From: an uncultured delta proteobacterium
GTDB taxonomy: Bacteria > Myxococcota_A > Polyangia > Polyangiales > Houyiibacteriaceae
DNA: 64,000 nt
Direction: 5' to 3'
Assembly: GCA_963746475.1 (NCBI GenBank)
Contig: CAVVBB010000002.1
Location: 785,079 to 849,078 of the forward strand
Of this stretch, positions 8,743 to 20,430 are shown piece by piece. Position 1 is the stretch's first letter. Each line of letters starts with the position of its first letter. The notes beneath the pieces were generated by a model. The model was not told where the DNA came from. It made no database searches and was given only the letters and a program-made list of their open reading frames with translations. A program made the translations under genes and the position numbers.

Positions 8743-9840
8743 GTGCTGATGAATCTGGACCGACTCAAAAAGGGCTTTTCTATGCTTGCTGGGTTCGCCG
8801 TCGTTGGGCTTACCTTTCTGATGGCGGGCTGCGGGGACGACGGTGTCGAGACGGGACTGTCTGCGGAGGGGGACCGCTCGGCAGATTCGCAGTCGAGCGG
8901 TCCGCCAAACGGCGCATCATGGCCTGAACGCTCCGCCCAGGACTCCGAAGGAACATCTGAAGCGGAAGTCGCAGATGTGGCGGACGATGATGCGAGGGGG
9001 AGCGTTTCCGATTCTGCCTCTTCCGAGACCGGGGCTGCTTCCGAGCTCGGTGGCGTCGGCACGGAAGAGGACTTCGAAGAACGACCAAGCCAGTCCAATG
9101 GAGGAGCGCAAGACCCGGATCCGGTGCCGTCAGAGATGCCCGCCGTTGTTGGAGGAGGGCAAACGGCGAGCGTGCCCTTACGAATCGTCCCCATCGGCGA
9201 CTCCATCACGCAGGGACGACTTGGCAATGGCAGCTTCGACTCGTTCGAAGCGTCGACCCTGAGTTACCGCTATCCCCTTTGGCAGCGATTCGTCGACGCG
9301 GGCATCGACGTCGACTTCGTGGGATCGCAGACGGCCGGTTTTGGGGGCGATCCGGCCTGGGAAGACTATCGAGGGCTGCCATTCGACCGCGACCATGAAG
9401 GGCATTGGGGTTGGCGTCTCGACGACATCCGCGATTCCCTGCGAGTCTGGCTTGGAGAGTATGAGGCCGACCTGGCCCTCATCATGCTTGGCACCAACGA
9501 TGTGAACGCTGGCGATTCGGTGAGCCAGATGCTGCTCGAGACTGAGGAGATCATCGCCATTCTGCGTGAGGCAAACCCCGACGTCGTGATCATCTGGGGT
9601 CATGCTTTTCAGGAATGGGACCCGTTCCCGGCTTTTCGCGAGGAGATGGAAGTCTTGGCGAGCGAGATGAGTACGGCACGCTCGCCCATCGTCACGGTGA
9701 GTGCGGCCGACGGCTGGGTCAGTGATCCGAGCCTTCCTGCTTCGGATACGGTTGATTGGGTCCACCCAAACCTCCGTGGCGATCAGAAGTTGGCCGAGGC
9801 CTTCTTCGAGGCCATCGTGACGCTCTTTCCGATCGAGTAG
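8743..9840 (+). CDS. SGNH/GDSL-family hydrolase lipoprotein with an acidic low-complexity N-terminal linker
   Basis: Lipobox LMAGCGDDG. Block I is IGDSITQG, block III is GTNDV and block V is DWVHPN. ATG 8749 or 8782 are alternative starts. Confidence 0.8.
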   Translation: MLMNLDRLKKGFSMLAGFAVVGLTFLMAGCGDDGVETGLSAEGDRSADSQSSGPPNGASWPERSAQDSEGTSEAEVADVADDDARGSVSDSASSETGAASELGGVGTEEDFEERPSQSNGGAQDPDPVPSEMPAVVGGGQTASVPLRIVPIGDSITQGRLGNGSFDSFEASTLSYRYPLWQRFVDAGIDVDFVGSQTAGFGGDPAWEDYRGLPFDRDHEGHWGWRLDDIRDSLRVWLGEYEADLALIMLGTNDVNAGDSVSQMLLETEEIIAILREANPDVVIIWGHAFQEWDPFPAFREEMEVLASEMSTARSPIVTVSAADGWVSDPSLPASDTVDWVHPNLRGDQKLAEAFFEAIVTLFPIE

Positions 9841-9855
9841 TCCGCCCGTCGGCAC

Positions 9856-9882
9856 AAAAAAGGGGGCCGAAGCCCCCGTTTT
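9856..9882. terminator. Bidirectional intrinsic terminator between convergent genes
   Basis: The sequence is AAAAAA-GGGGGC-cgaa-GCCCCC-GTTTT. The stem is 9862-9867/9872-9877, with an A-run on one side and a T-run on the other. Confidence 0.7.
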
Positions 9883-9902
9883 GACCAAATGAGCGGAGCC
9901 GC

Positions 9903-11535
<1,633 letters not shown>

Positions 11536-11832
11536 CCAGTTTCTCCTGTCGGCAGCGACCCTTTCGGGCGGCAATCGTATTCTTTGACTGGAGAGCTACT
11601 ACAGGGAGCCCTGCGTGCAAGCGCTGGCGGGACCTCGCGATTCCGGTCCGCGGCGATCGGCTCGTTCGTGCCGATTCCGTAGAGATCCGCGATGACGCGG
11701 CGTAGTGCCAACCCGTCTGGCCTCGGAGGCGGGCCAGGAACAGCAGAACTTGCGCCTCCGCCAGGGACTCTCCAGTCGCGTAGAGCGCGTTCCGCTACCC
11801 GCCGTCGCTGCTGCCCCGCCGTCTACGTCCGC

Positions 11833-12672
11833 TCAAGCGAAGTGTGCCGCAGGGTCGTGCATGATGGCCTTGAATGTCTTCGCGAGCTTGCCGCTCTGGA
11901 AGCCATCTACGACCCGATGGTCGAAGGTCGCCGCGACCCGCATGCTCGGGATGGGCATGACCTTCGCGTCCCGAACAGCAGGTTTGTCCTGCACCGCGCC
12001 CACGGTCAGCACGATGGGGACGCGGGTGAAGGTCAGAAGGGGTGCGAATGCCTCGCTAATCCCAAGTGCCCCCACGTTGGTCACGATTGCACTTCCGAAC
12101 GGATCATTAGGAATGCCGAGGCGGGAGAGGTCCAAATTGAAGTCGTATTGGAGGCGTGCGACCATCCGCAGGAGCGATCCTACAAGAAGCGGTGGCATTT
12201 GGTCGAAGAGCTTCTTGGTGCGTGCCAGCAAGGGGTCCTCCCGCTTGCGCACCTTGCGCGCATTGTCTCGAATTTCCCGAGCGATGTCTGCGATCGACTT
12301 GCGGTTGGCGTTTCGAACGATGACGCCGGACAAGTCGGCTTCCTGCTCATGGCTGGCCTCCTCCGGTGGAACGGCGACCAGTACGGAGAGATCGATGTCG
12401 TCGCGCTCGAAGATGCGTCCGCGGCGAACGATGGAGTTGCACTCCGGGTGCTGCGCGAGAGTGTCGGCGATGGCTTTGCTGACCAAATGGGTGACTGTTA
12501 GGTGTTCCCCAGTGCGGCGCGATTCCGTCGCCAAAAATTCGAGCGCCGCCGTCATGTCCAGATCGATCGCACCATAGATCGTCGGGTCGTCGGGCGCCGA
12601 CCAGGCGACGGCGGCCATGCGCCGCCAGCTCGACACATTACGCACATAGTGACCGGAGATGTTTCTCGCCAT
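11833..12672 (-). CDS. 2-oxoacid dehydrogenase acyltransferase (E2) catalytic-domain protein without a lipoyl domain
   Basis: The C-terminal active-site motif is ATFDHRVVDGFQSG (DHRxxDG). Start chosen at MARNISGHY (12672). Confidence 0.7.
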   Translation of the reverse strand: MARNISGHYVRNVSSWRRMAAVAWSAPDDPTIYGAIDLDMTAALEFLATESRRTGEHLTVTHLVSKAIADTLAQHPECNSIVRRGRIFERDDIDLSVLVAVPPEEASHEQEADLSGVIVRNANRKSIADIAREIRDNARKVRKREDPLLARTKKLFDQMPPLLVGSLLRMVARLQYDFNLDLSRLGIPNDPFGSAIVTNVGALGISEAFAPLLTFTRVPIVLTVGAVQDKPAVRDAKVMPIPSMRVAATFDHRVVDGFQSGKLAKTFKAIMHDPAAHFA

Positions 12673-12857
12673 AGCTCCACCAGGACCGAGGAATGCTTCA
12701 CTGTACCGTATCGAAGCGTTCCACCCCATAGGGGTCTGAAGCTGCGAGTCGAATCGCGTCCGCTTTGTGCCCCGGGCAGACGCGCATCGGGCCGAAACGG
12801 CGGCGCCTCGCATAAGAGTGATGACAGCGGCAATCGTGTTCGATAACGTCGCAGTCC

Positions 12858-13904
12858 ATGAAAAGGTATAGTCGACTTCGAGTCCCTCTGAGACTCGCTT
12901 TTTTGCTGGTCACATGCACGGCCTGCGCCCACTCTTCGCCGGCGCAGGCGGGTGACAGGGGCAAACGTTCCAGGCTTCAGCAGCTGGTCGACGAAGCCTA
13001 CAGTAAGTTCAAAGGGGTTCGCGAAGGCAAGAACGCGGACTACATTCCTATTCTGGCCAGCGTGGATCCGGAGCTTTTCGGTATCGCCATCGTCACGGTC
13101 GCTGGCGACGTGATCACGGCCGGGGACGTGGGGCACGCGTTTTCGATTCAGTCTGTCGCGAAGCCGTTCACGATGGCGCTGGTGATGGAAGAGCAGGGCC
13201 TCGACGCGATCCGGCAAAAGATTGGCGTCGAGCCGAGTGGGATGCCCTTCAACTCGATATTGGCCATCGAGCTGAACCATCAGCGGTCCATCAACCCGCT
13301 CGTCAACGCGGGCGCGATCGCCGCGGTCAGTATGCTCGAGGCCCAAAGCCCCGAGGAGCGCTGGCGGAAAATCTTGGATGGGTACTCCCGCTATGCCGGG
13401 GAGCCGCTGAAGCTCATCGATGAGGTCTATGTCTCGGAGGCCGAGACCAACTACCGCAATCGCGCGATCGCAAATCTGCTCTACAACTACGAGCGCTTGT
13501 ACTGCGACCCCATGGAAGCCGTGGACGTGTACACGAAGCAATCCTCGGTGGGGGTCAACGCTCTGCAGTTGGCGAAGATGGGGTCCACGCTCGCCAATGA
13601 CGGGCTCAATCCGATCAGCGGCGAGCGCTTGATCCGCAGCGATTACGTCGACGAGGTCCTCGCGATCATGCTCATGACCGGCTTCTACAACGAAGTCGGG
13701 CTCTGGGCCTTTACGGCCGGCCTGCCGGCCAAAACGGGAGTAGGGGGCGGCGTCCTGGCCGTGGTGCCCGGTCAGATGGCCATCGTGGCGTTTTCTCCGC
13801 GGCTCAATGAGGCGGGTAACAGCGTGCGCGCACTCGGGGCGATCCAGTTCATTTCCGAGAAGCTCGGCTTGAGTGTCTTCGAATCGCACGGAACGCCGAG
13901 ATGA
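12858..13904 (+). CDS. glsA: Glutaminase A with an N-terminal signal/lipoprotein-like peptide
   Basis: DYIPILASVDPELFGIAIVTVAGD...FSIQSVAKPFTMALV...NPLVNAGAIA...PAKTGVGGG match the glutaminase family. The N-terminus is MKRYSRLRVPLRLAFLLVTCTACAHS. Confidence 0.85.
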   Translation: MKRYSRLRVPLRLAFLLVTCTACAHSSPAQAGDRGKRSRLQQLVDEAYSKFKGVREGKNADYIPILASVDPELFGIAIVTVAGDVITAGDVGHAFSIQSVAKPFTMALVMEEQGLDAIRQKIGVEPSGMPFNSILAIELNHQRSINPLVNAGAIAAVSMLEAQSPEERWRKILDGYSRYAGEPLKLIDEVYVSEAETNYRNRAIANLLYNYERLYCDPMEAVDVYTKQSSVGVNALQLAKMGSTLANDGLNPISGERLIRSDYVDEVLAIMLMTGFYNEVGLWAFTAGLPAKTGVGGGVLAVVPGQMAIVAFSPRLNEAGNSVRALGAIQFISEKLGLSVFESHGTPR

Positions 13905-15160
13905 GATTGGTGTCGTGGGCGTGTGCCTTGGCCGCCTTGCTGCTGAGCTGCGCCAGCACAGCGAGTGCGCAAGAGAACGCTAGCGATGAGCGTCCGCCGG
14001 GCTTCGTCGACACCCGGGCGGGCACCGTCAAGGTAGGGGAGACCGAGGGCGAGCAACCCATCGCCGGCTATGAGCGCAGCCCCGTCAACGGCTTCTTCGT
14101 GCAAAGCGCGAACGGCGAGTTCCGGCTGCAGCTCGGGGGGTATACCCAGGTCCGCTGGAACGGCAACTGGCGGACCGCACCAGACTCCGTTGCCGGTGAG
14201 TCTCCCGAAGACGATTTCACACGAGGCTGGTCACTAAACCGCACACGGATCTTTCTAGAGGGAAAGTTCACGGACCGTGCTGCCTACCACTTTCGCATCA
14301 ACATCAACGATTCGTTCGATGTGGAGCTCTTGGTGGCTTTTGCGCAGCTCCGCTTGCCCCGTGGATGGAGCTTGCGCTTCGGCAAGATGTACATCCCCCT
14401 GTCTCGCGAAGACTGGATGTTCGCCCAGGACTTGCTGACTTCCGAATACTCGCCGAACGACTTCACCTTTGCCATCGGATCCTCGCTCGGGGCCTTCGCG
14501 TTCTGGGGCGGCGACCATCATCGGTTATGGATTGCGCTACACAACGGTGCCTACGGGGGGCGCGAGTCGTTTCCCTCAGAGCAGAATGCGGACTTCGCGG
14601 GCACTGCGCGCTGGGAGTGGAACTTCTTCGGTGATGACTGGAGCGTCTGGGACGACATGGTCGGACGGCGTGGGCGCGCCCAAGTCATGATGCTCGGCGT
14701 GAGCGGGGGGGCGCAGGGCAAGTTTGGCAGTGACGTAAGCGGCAACCGTTCGGCCGCGCAGGCGAACGTCGACCTCAACTTCAACGGCAGTGGCTTCCAG
14801 GCCGTCGTGGCCTCGTCGATGACCTTCAAGAACCCCGTCGAGGAGGACTCGTTTGTGAACTTCGGGCTGCTGGCGCAGATCGGGGCGTTCGTGCTCGACC
14901 CGCTTCAGCTGTTCAGCCAGTACAACCTGCTCGCTCCGGGTACCCAGGGAGGCGGACTCGAGAACTTCAACTCCCTCGCGTTCGGGGTGAACTACTTCCC
15001 GTTTCTTTGGACCAACCGCTGGAAGCTCACGTTCGAAGGGGGCGTTCTGTTCAATGCCCTGAATGAGACGCTCGTTGCCCCGTCCGGGTCTTTGGGTTGG
15101 CTTGCGAGCAACGAGGGCCCGCAGGGCTATCTCAGAGTCCAAGCGCAGTTCGGTTTCTGA
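13901..15160 (+). CDS. Outer-membrane beta-barrel porin (phosphate-selective porin O/P-like)
   Basis: The signal peptide ends ASTASAQ. Alternating-hydrophobicity strands are present and the C-terminus is ...LRVQAQFGF, ending in Phe. Its ATG overlaps the glutaminase stop (ATGA). Confidence 0.6.
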   Translation: MRLVSWACALAALLLSCASTASAQENASDERPPGFVDTRAGTVKVGETEGEQPIAGYERSPVNGFFVQSANGEFRLQLGGYTQVRWNGNWRTAPDSVAGESPEDDFTRGWSLNRTRIFLEGKFTDRAAYHFRININDSFDVELLVAFAQLRLPRGWSLRFGKMYIPLSREDWMFAQDLLTSEYSPNDFTFAIGSSLGAFAFWGGDHHRLWIALHNGAYGGRESFPSEQNADFAGTARWEWNFFGDDWSVWDDMVGRRGRAQVMMLGVSGGAQGKFGSDVSGNRSAAQANVDLNFNGSGFQAVVASSMTFKNPVEEDSFVNFGLLAQIGAFVLDPLQLFSQYNLLAPGTQGGGLENFNSLAFGVNYFPFLWTNRWKLTFEGGVLFNALNETLVAPSGSLGWLASNEGPQGYLRVQAQFGF

Positions 15161-15192
15161 GCCTGCTCGTCCGTATGCCGGGGGCTACGCCC

Positions 15193-16416
15193 TCAAATGA
15201 AGAGACCAATGAACAACTTGATCACGCCGGCATTGAGCAAGTCGATGAAGAACGCCCCAAGCAGCGGGATGACCACGAAGCCTTTCGTCGACATGCCGTA
15301 GTGCCGGGTCACGGCTTCCATGTTGGCGATCGCTACCGGAGTCGCTCCGAGACAGAGTCCGACGAAACCCGCGGCCAGGACGACGGCGTCGTAGTCCTTA
15401 CCCATGACGCGGAACACGAGCAGAGCCGCGAACAGCAGCGCCACGAGAATCTGGACGATGATCACGACCGTCACGACGCCGGCTGCGGCCGTGATGTGCC
15501 AAAGTTGCATACTCATCATGCTCATGGTCAGGAAGATTTGCAGGCTCACATCGCCAAAGGCCTTGATCATCTTCGGTTGAAGAGGCCGGCCGAGCAGGTC
15601 GAAGCCGTTGGTCAGGATGATGGCAATGAGCATCGAGGTGAGGAACCCCGGCAGCAGGAGCCCCCGGCCGAATAGAAAGCGGTTGACTGCATCGCCAACG
15701 CTCGCGCAAATCGCGAGGATGAGCAGGGTGCGGAGCACCGGGAACAGCGGGTGCTCATCGATCACCATGTGCCGCTTCATCTTCGGGGGCTCTGCCGCTT
15801 GCGCTTCGCTGTGTCGCTCCTCGGGACCCCGTAGTCCATTCCGCTGTATCAGGAACCGCGCCAAGGGGCCTCCGAGCACGCCGCCCGCGATCAGGCCTAG
15901 GGTTGCAAAGACGAGCCCGACCGCGCTCGCATTGGCATAGCCCGCGGCCTCCGCCTGGGCGCCCCAAGCGGCGGCTGTGCCGTGTCCCCCAGCCAAGGAA
16001 ACGCTTCCGGCCATCAGCCCGTAAGCCGGGGCCTTGCCGAAGAGCTTCGCCAAGCCGACTCCGACCCCGTTCTGGCAAAGGAGAAAGAGAGCAGCGAGGC
16101 CGATCATGACAAGCAGGGCCCGACCTCCGCGCAAGAGACCGCTCAGCTGCGCCGACAAGCCTACTGTGCTGAAGAACACCAGCAGCAACAGGTCCCGGAA
16201 ACGCATGTCGAAGGCGAGCTCGATGTGAGCGAAGGCATACAGAAAGCCGGCGAAGACGCCGAACGCGAGGCCCCCGGTCACCGCGGGCGGGATGTAGTTG
16301 CGCTTCAGAATCGGGATGCGCTCATTCAGGTAAATGCCGAGGAACAATACCAGGATGCTCGCGGACAGCATGTCCATGGAGTCGACCTGGTAGACCGTGA
16401 TGTCACCTGGCTGCAT
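15193..16416 (-). CDS. gltS: Sodium/glutamate symporter GltS
   Basis: Colinear with E. coli GltS, for example IPPAVTGGL, GSVSLAGGHGTAAAWG and DYDAVVLAAGFVGLCLGATPVAIANMEAVT...GAFFIDLLNAGVIKLF. Confidence 0.85.
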   Translation of the reverse strand: MQPGDITVYQVDSMDMLSASILVLFLGIYLNERIPILKRNYIPPAVTGGLAFGVFAGFLYAFAHIELAFDMRFRDLLLLVFFSTVGLSAQLSGLLRGGRALLVMIGLAALFLLCQNGVGVGLAKLFGKAPAYGLMAGSVSLAGGHGTAAAWGAQAEAAGYANASAVGLVFATLGLIAGGVLGGPLARFLIQRNGLRGPEERHSEAQAAEPPKMKRHMVIDEHPLFPVLRTLLILAICASVGDAVNRFLFGRGLLLPGFLTSMLIAIILTNGFDLLGRPLQPKMIKAFGDVSLQIFLTMSMMSMQLWHITAAAGVVTVVIIVQILVALLFAALLVFRVMGKDYDAVVLAAGFVGLCLGATPVAIANMEAVTRHYGMSTKGFVVIPLLGAFFIDLLNAGVIKLFIGLFI

Positions 16417-16629
16417 AACCCTGATTACCGAATGCGCGTCCGCCTAGCAACTTCGGTCTTCTTCCGTCGGCAAGCGCGGGTCTTCTCGCAGACCGAGATA
16501 GGCATAGTGCACGTACTCGAAGCTTTGGGGCCGGCAAACTACCCTGCGGCGCCCAGAGGACAGCACGGGTTTCAAAAGCCGGATCAAATCGATAGGATGT
16601 GAGCTCGCAAAGCCTAGGGAGGCCAGAGC

Positions 16630-17175
16630 TTGTACAGAAGGGCGTTCACGAAGCTCTCGATGCTATCCGGTGCCGCTGTGTTGATCCTGCCAGCGTGCGA
16701 CGCCGCGCTGCCGAGTGCGGCTTCTGTCTTGTCGCCCGAGGAGCGAACGCTTTTCGAACGGTTCGCCGAGGCGTACCTGCCCACCGAGGGCACGCCGCTC
16801 AAGCCCCTTTCCGAAGTGCCGATCACCGACAACATCAACCGTGTTCTCGGAACGCTCGATGAAGCAACGCTGCACGAGGTGCACCTGGGGCTAAAGCTGT
16901 TCAACTACGGGTCGATTTTCATCGGCCTGCATTTGTCGCGGTTCGTCAACCTCGATGTTCCGGAGCGCCTCGCGTACCTGCAGCGCTGGGTGAATGGCGC
17001 CGAGACGCAGCGCGCGATTGCCAGCCTGCTCCGAAAGCTCGTGTGCGTAGGTTATTGGCAGGACATCGAAGCGGCCAGAGCCATTGGCTACCATGGACCC
17101 GTCTCCGTGGACGCCAAGCTGGCGAGTCTTGGAAACGCGCCCCTGCCGCAGACACCCGCGGAGGGGCCGGGGTGA
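16630..17175 (+). CDS. Tat-signal small subunit (gluconate 2-dehydrogenase subunit 3-like) of the downstream GMC oxidoreductase
   Basis: A TTG start is preceded by AGGGAGG. The twin-arginine motif YRRAFTKL is followed by a hydrophobic stretch. Its stop is 6 nt from the GMC gene. Confidence 0.55.
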   Translation: MYRRAFTKLSMLSGAAVLILPACDAALPSAASVLSPEERTLFERFAEAYLPTEGTPLKPLSEVPITDNINRVLGTLDEATLHEVHLGLKLFNYGSIFIGLHLSRFVNLDVPERLAYLQRWVNGAETQRAIASLLRKLVCVGYWQDIEAARAIGYHGPVSVDAKLASLGNAPLPQTPAEGPG

Positions 17176-17181
17176 GCAGCG

Positions 17182-18738
17182 ATGCCTGATCCCCCAGGAG
17201 CCAGCTCGAAGTCGCTGCCGGTGCTCGAGGTCGTGCAGCCGAGCGAGCTGCCTTCCGCCGGTCTGGACCTGCGCGCGGACGTCATCGTGATCGGTTCGGG
17301 CGCAGGTGGCGCCGTGGCCGCCTATCAGCTCGCGCGTTCGGGAGCCAAGGTCGTCGTGCTCGAGGCTGGGCCGTACCGACCGTCCTCGTCATTCACGGAA
17401 CACTTGGCGAGCGCGCTACGCGAGCTTTACGAGGACGGAGGGAACCAGACGAACAAGACCGGTGACGTGGTGGTGCTTCAGGGCAAGTGCCTCGGAGGGT
17501 CCACCGTGGTCAACGCGGCCGTTTGTTTTCGCGCGCCCGATTCGGTGCTGCGGAGCTGGGGCCGAGACTTTGGGCTCGACGCCTTGGCGCCGGAGGCGCT
17601 GGCGCCTTACTTCGAGCGGGTCGAACGAAACCTCGGTGTTCACGAGAACGGCGAACATGAGGTCAACCTGAATGGCCGCTTGCTCATGCAAGGGGCCAGT
17701 CAGCTCGGTATTGCGAACGCGCCCGTCCATCGCAATATCAAGCACTGCGCTTTGACCGGACATTGTCTGTCGGGCTGCAAGACGGACCGCAAGCAGTCTA
17801 TGTTGATCACCTATCTTCCATGGGCGAGCGAGCTCGGGGCGAGGATTTTCAGTGGGACCCGCGCGGAGCGCTTCGTGTTGCACAACCGACGGGTCACCGA
17901 GGTCACGGGCGTCGCGACGGACGGCGACGGGACCCAAAAACGGATTCGGGTGAAGGCCGATCTCGTGGTCGTCGCCGCCGGCGCAGTTCAGACCCCGCTC
18001 TTGTTTCAGAGCAACGCGATCGGAAACGGCAGCGGGCTCATTGGTCGGCACTTTGCCTGTCACCCCTCCAGCCTGGTGTTCGGGGAGTACCCAGCGGACG
18101 TCGACGCCTGGACGGGCGCCACGATCAGTGCATACGCGGGCGATATCGAGGATCCGCTCAAAGGCGGCTATCTGCTCGAAGGTGGCATGGTGGGACCGGT
18201 TCTCACCAGCACTGCGGTCGATGGAGGCATCGGAGCGGAGTTCACGAAGTTCATGTTGAACAACAGAAAGCTCCTTTCCGCGGTGACTTTGATCCATGAC
18301 GAGAACGTCGGCCGAGTCCACTGGGACGGGGGGCGTAAGCGCATCGACTACGATCTCTCGGATCGCGACTTCAAGTCGATGCAAGCGGCGTTTAGAGCCG
18401 CGGCGCAGATCTGGTTTGCGGCAGGGGCGCGCCGCGTGTTCTTGCCGACGCTGGCGAAGGTCGTCATCGAGAAGAAAAGCGAGATCGATTCGGTCATCAA
18501 CGGCCTGCGCAACGAAAAGCAGCGCTACCGACTGACCTCCTATCACCCGCAGGGCACGATGCGCATGGGCAGCGATCCAAAGACGAGCGTGGTGGGCCCT
18601 GACGGGCGCTGTCACGAGCTGGACAACGTATACGTCGCAGACGCGAGCCTGTTTCCCACGACTCTTCTCGTAAACCCTCAGCTCACGGTATACGCGCTGT
18701 CGAGCTACGTATCGGATCGCGTTCTGGCTCGGGGCTAG
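17182..18738 (+). CDS. GMC-family FAD-dependent oxidoreductase
   Basis: The FAD fold is VIVIGSGAGGAVAAYQLA...VVVLEAG. The C-terminal GMC signature is SYHPQGTMRMG...NVYVADASLFPT. Confidence 0.85.
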   Translation: MPDPPGASSKSLPVLEVVQPSELPSAGLDLRADVIVIGSGAGGAVAAYQLARSGAKVVVLEAGPYRPSSSFTEHLASALRELYEDGGNQTNKTGDVVVLQGKCLGGSTVVNAAVCFRAPDSVLRSWGRDFGLDALAPEALAPYFERVERNLGVHENGEHEVNLNGRLLMQGASQLGIANAPVHRNIKHCALTGHCLSGCKTDRKQSMLITYLPWASELGARIFSGTRAERFVLHNRRVTEVTGVATDGDGTQKRIRVKADLVVVAAGAVQTPLLFQSNAIGNGSGLIGRHFACHPSSLVFGEYPADVDAWTGATISAYAGDIEDPLKGGYLLEGGMVGPVLTSTAVDGGIGAEFTKFMLNNRKLLSAVTLIHDENVGRVHWDGGRKRIDYDLSDRDFKSMQAAFRAAAQIWFAAGARRVFLPTLAKVVIEKKSEIDSVINGLRNEKQRYRLTSYHPQGTMRMGSDPKTSVVGPDGRCHELDNVYVADASLFPTTLLVNPQLTVYALSSYVSDRVLARG

Positions 18739-18798
18739 TGTGGGGACGCCAGTTTGGCCTTCGGTTGCCTAGGTCTATCGGCAGGCGCACCAGGAGAC

Positions 18799-19932
18799 TC
18801 ACTCGCGAGGCGCATCCTCGTCGAGCAGGTCCGGGCCTTGGGCGGCGCGTTCGGACTCCACCTGCGCGTCCAGACGAACGTCGGAAGCCGTGTCACCTGG
18901 CTCGAGGGTCTTCACAGGGGCAAGCGGCATTCGTGCGGGGGCTTCGATGTCACGGCTCACCTGGACTTGATAGACCGGCGCAGGCATCTCGATCCCCGCG
19001 TCGTCAAAGGCTCTCTTGACGAGACGAATGGCTTCACTCTGGGCCTTGAAAAAGTCCGTGCTTCGCTGGTCGAGCCATGCATAGAAATGAACTGAAACGC
19101 TCGAATCTCCGAGGCGCTCCACGAGCCCCAGAGGTGGCGGCTCGTCAATGATGGCGTCCATGGCGGCCAGAGCCCCGGTGCCCAGCTGCTGAACTTGCGC
19201 CAGGTCTTCATTTACTCCAACGCCGACTTCGAAGTCGATGCGTCGGCGTGGATTCTGCGTGTAGTTGACCAGCACGGCTTTGAAAACCTTCGCATTGGGA
19301 ATGCGCAGGTGGTTGCCTGCGAGCGTGAGAAGGACGGTTGCGCGCGACGTGAGTCGGACGACCTTGCCCTCGTTCCCGTCGATCGAGACGAAGTCGTTTG
19401 GCTCGAAGGGATGTCTCATGCTGAGCAACAACCCGGCAAGGTAGTTCTCGATGATGTCCCGAAAGGCAAAGCCGACGGCGATTCCAACGACACCCGCGGC
19501 GCCAAGGGTAGCTCCGACGAGGGCCGTCGCGTCCATCAGCTCGAGCGCGATGAGCAGGCCGACCGCGACCAACGCGATTCGCGTCAAGTGACGGATCATG
19601 TCGCGGAGAAATCGATTGTCGATCCAGCGAAACAGGAACTCGTTTTTGGTGAGCAGGCGAGCAATGACCCAAAAAATCGAGACCGTGACCAAGGCGAGCG
19701 CCAACAAGGGAAGAAAGTCGAGCCCACGATCTCCCAGCCGAACGAAGTCCTCGCGAACCGCGTCGATCCGCGCCGAAGTATTCTCGAGTGATTGCGTCAG
19801 TTCCTGTCGCGCCCGTCCCTCTTGGGCATGCGCGGGGCGCACGAGCCCGAGCAGGCAGGCCGGAACGGAGGCGAACAGGGTGGCGAGAACGGGGCTAGTC
19901 GAGGTTCGCTTCATGAGGCGATGAGAGTACAT
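18799..19932 (-). CDS. Mechanosensitive ion channel (MscS family) with a signal peptide
   Basis: TM helices are followed by the beta-domain FVSIDGNEGKVVRLTSRATVLLTLAGNHLRIPNAKVF, typical of MscS-like channels. Confidence 0.8.
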   Translation of the reverse strand: MYSHRLMKRTSTSPVLATLFASVPACLLGLVRPAHAQEGRARQELTQSLENTSARIDAVREDFVRLGDRGLDFLPLLALALVTVSIFWVIARLLTKNEFLFRWIDNRFLRDMIRHLTRIALVAVGLLIALELMDATALVGATLGAAGVVGIAVGFAFRDIIENYLAGLLLSMRHPFEPNDFVSIDGNEGKVVRLTSRATVLLTLAGNHLRIPNAKVFKAVLVNYTQNPRRRIDFEVGVGVNEDLAQVQQLGTGALAAMDAIIDEPPPLGLVERLGDSSVSVHFYAWLDQRSTDFFKAQSEAIRLVKRAFDDAGIEMPAPVYQVQVSRDIEAPARMPLAPVKTLEPGDTASDVRLDAQVESERAAQGPDLLDEDAPRE

Positions 19933-20430
19933 GGAAACGACGAGCCCAGGGAAAATGCGCTGGGCCCTTGGGCGGCTCTCGGACGCGATCGTGTCAGGAA
20001 CCAGTCGCAGTCATCCACGCGAGGCAAAGTGAAAAAAAGGGCGGCAGGCTTTCCGGTATCACAGGGGCAGCACTCGTCCTCGCACCGCTCATAGCCCTCC
20101 GCACACTGGAAGTCGCAGCTGCCTTGATTGCAGGTTGGTGCGTCGACGTATCGCAGAACTCGTTCGTCCCGGCGCACTGCATCGACCTCGCGCATCCGGG
20201 CAGACTCGGCACGCCGTGCTGCCATTGACCACTGAAAAGTCGTTCCGCCAGCTTTCGTCATCCTCAGAGCCGGCATCGGCCTGCAGGACCTTCGAGACCC
20301 GGGCCCGGATTCGGTCTGCTTCCGTTGGCACCGGATAGTCGGTGTCCATGAGGACGACGATTTGGCTGCTCGGAGGCTCGGCGCCAGGCCCGTCAGGAGC
20401 AAAAGACCAAGAATACCTCGAAAAAGGCAT
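19911..20430 (-). CDS. Hypothetical Cys-rich protein; either two small ORFs or one frameshifted gene
   Basis: Coding-like third positions switch near 20210. They move from the frame of track ORF 20089..20430 (MPFSRYSW...WRNDFSVVNG) to that of track ORF 19911..20402 (AARRAESARMREVDAV...CNQGSCDFQCAEGYERCEDECCPCD). No family recognised. Confidence 0.25.

Noticed and set aside
12552-13889. 445-aa minus-strand ORF opposite the glutaminase gene. Similar long antisense or alternative-frame ORFs occur at 17416..18615, 22308..23279, 23560..24861, 25391..26482, 30562..31800, 41006..42079, 42395..43432, 56859..58187 and 57179..58207.
   Set aside because: They are Arg/Ala/Pro/Gly-rich with no recognisable motifs. 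Each lies opposite, or out of frame with, a gene that has clear family signatures. These are typical shadow ORFs of high-GC DNA.
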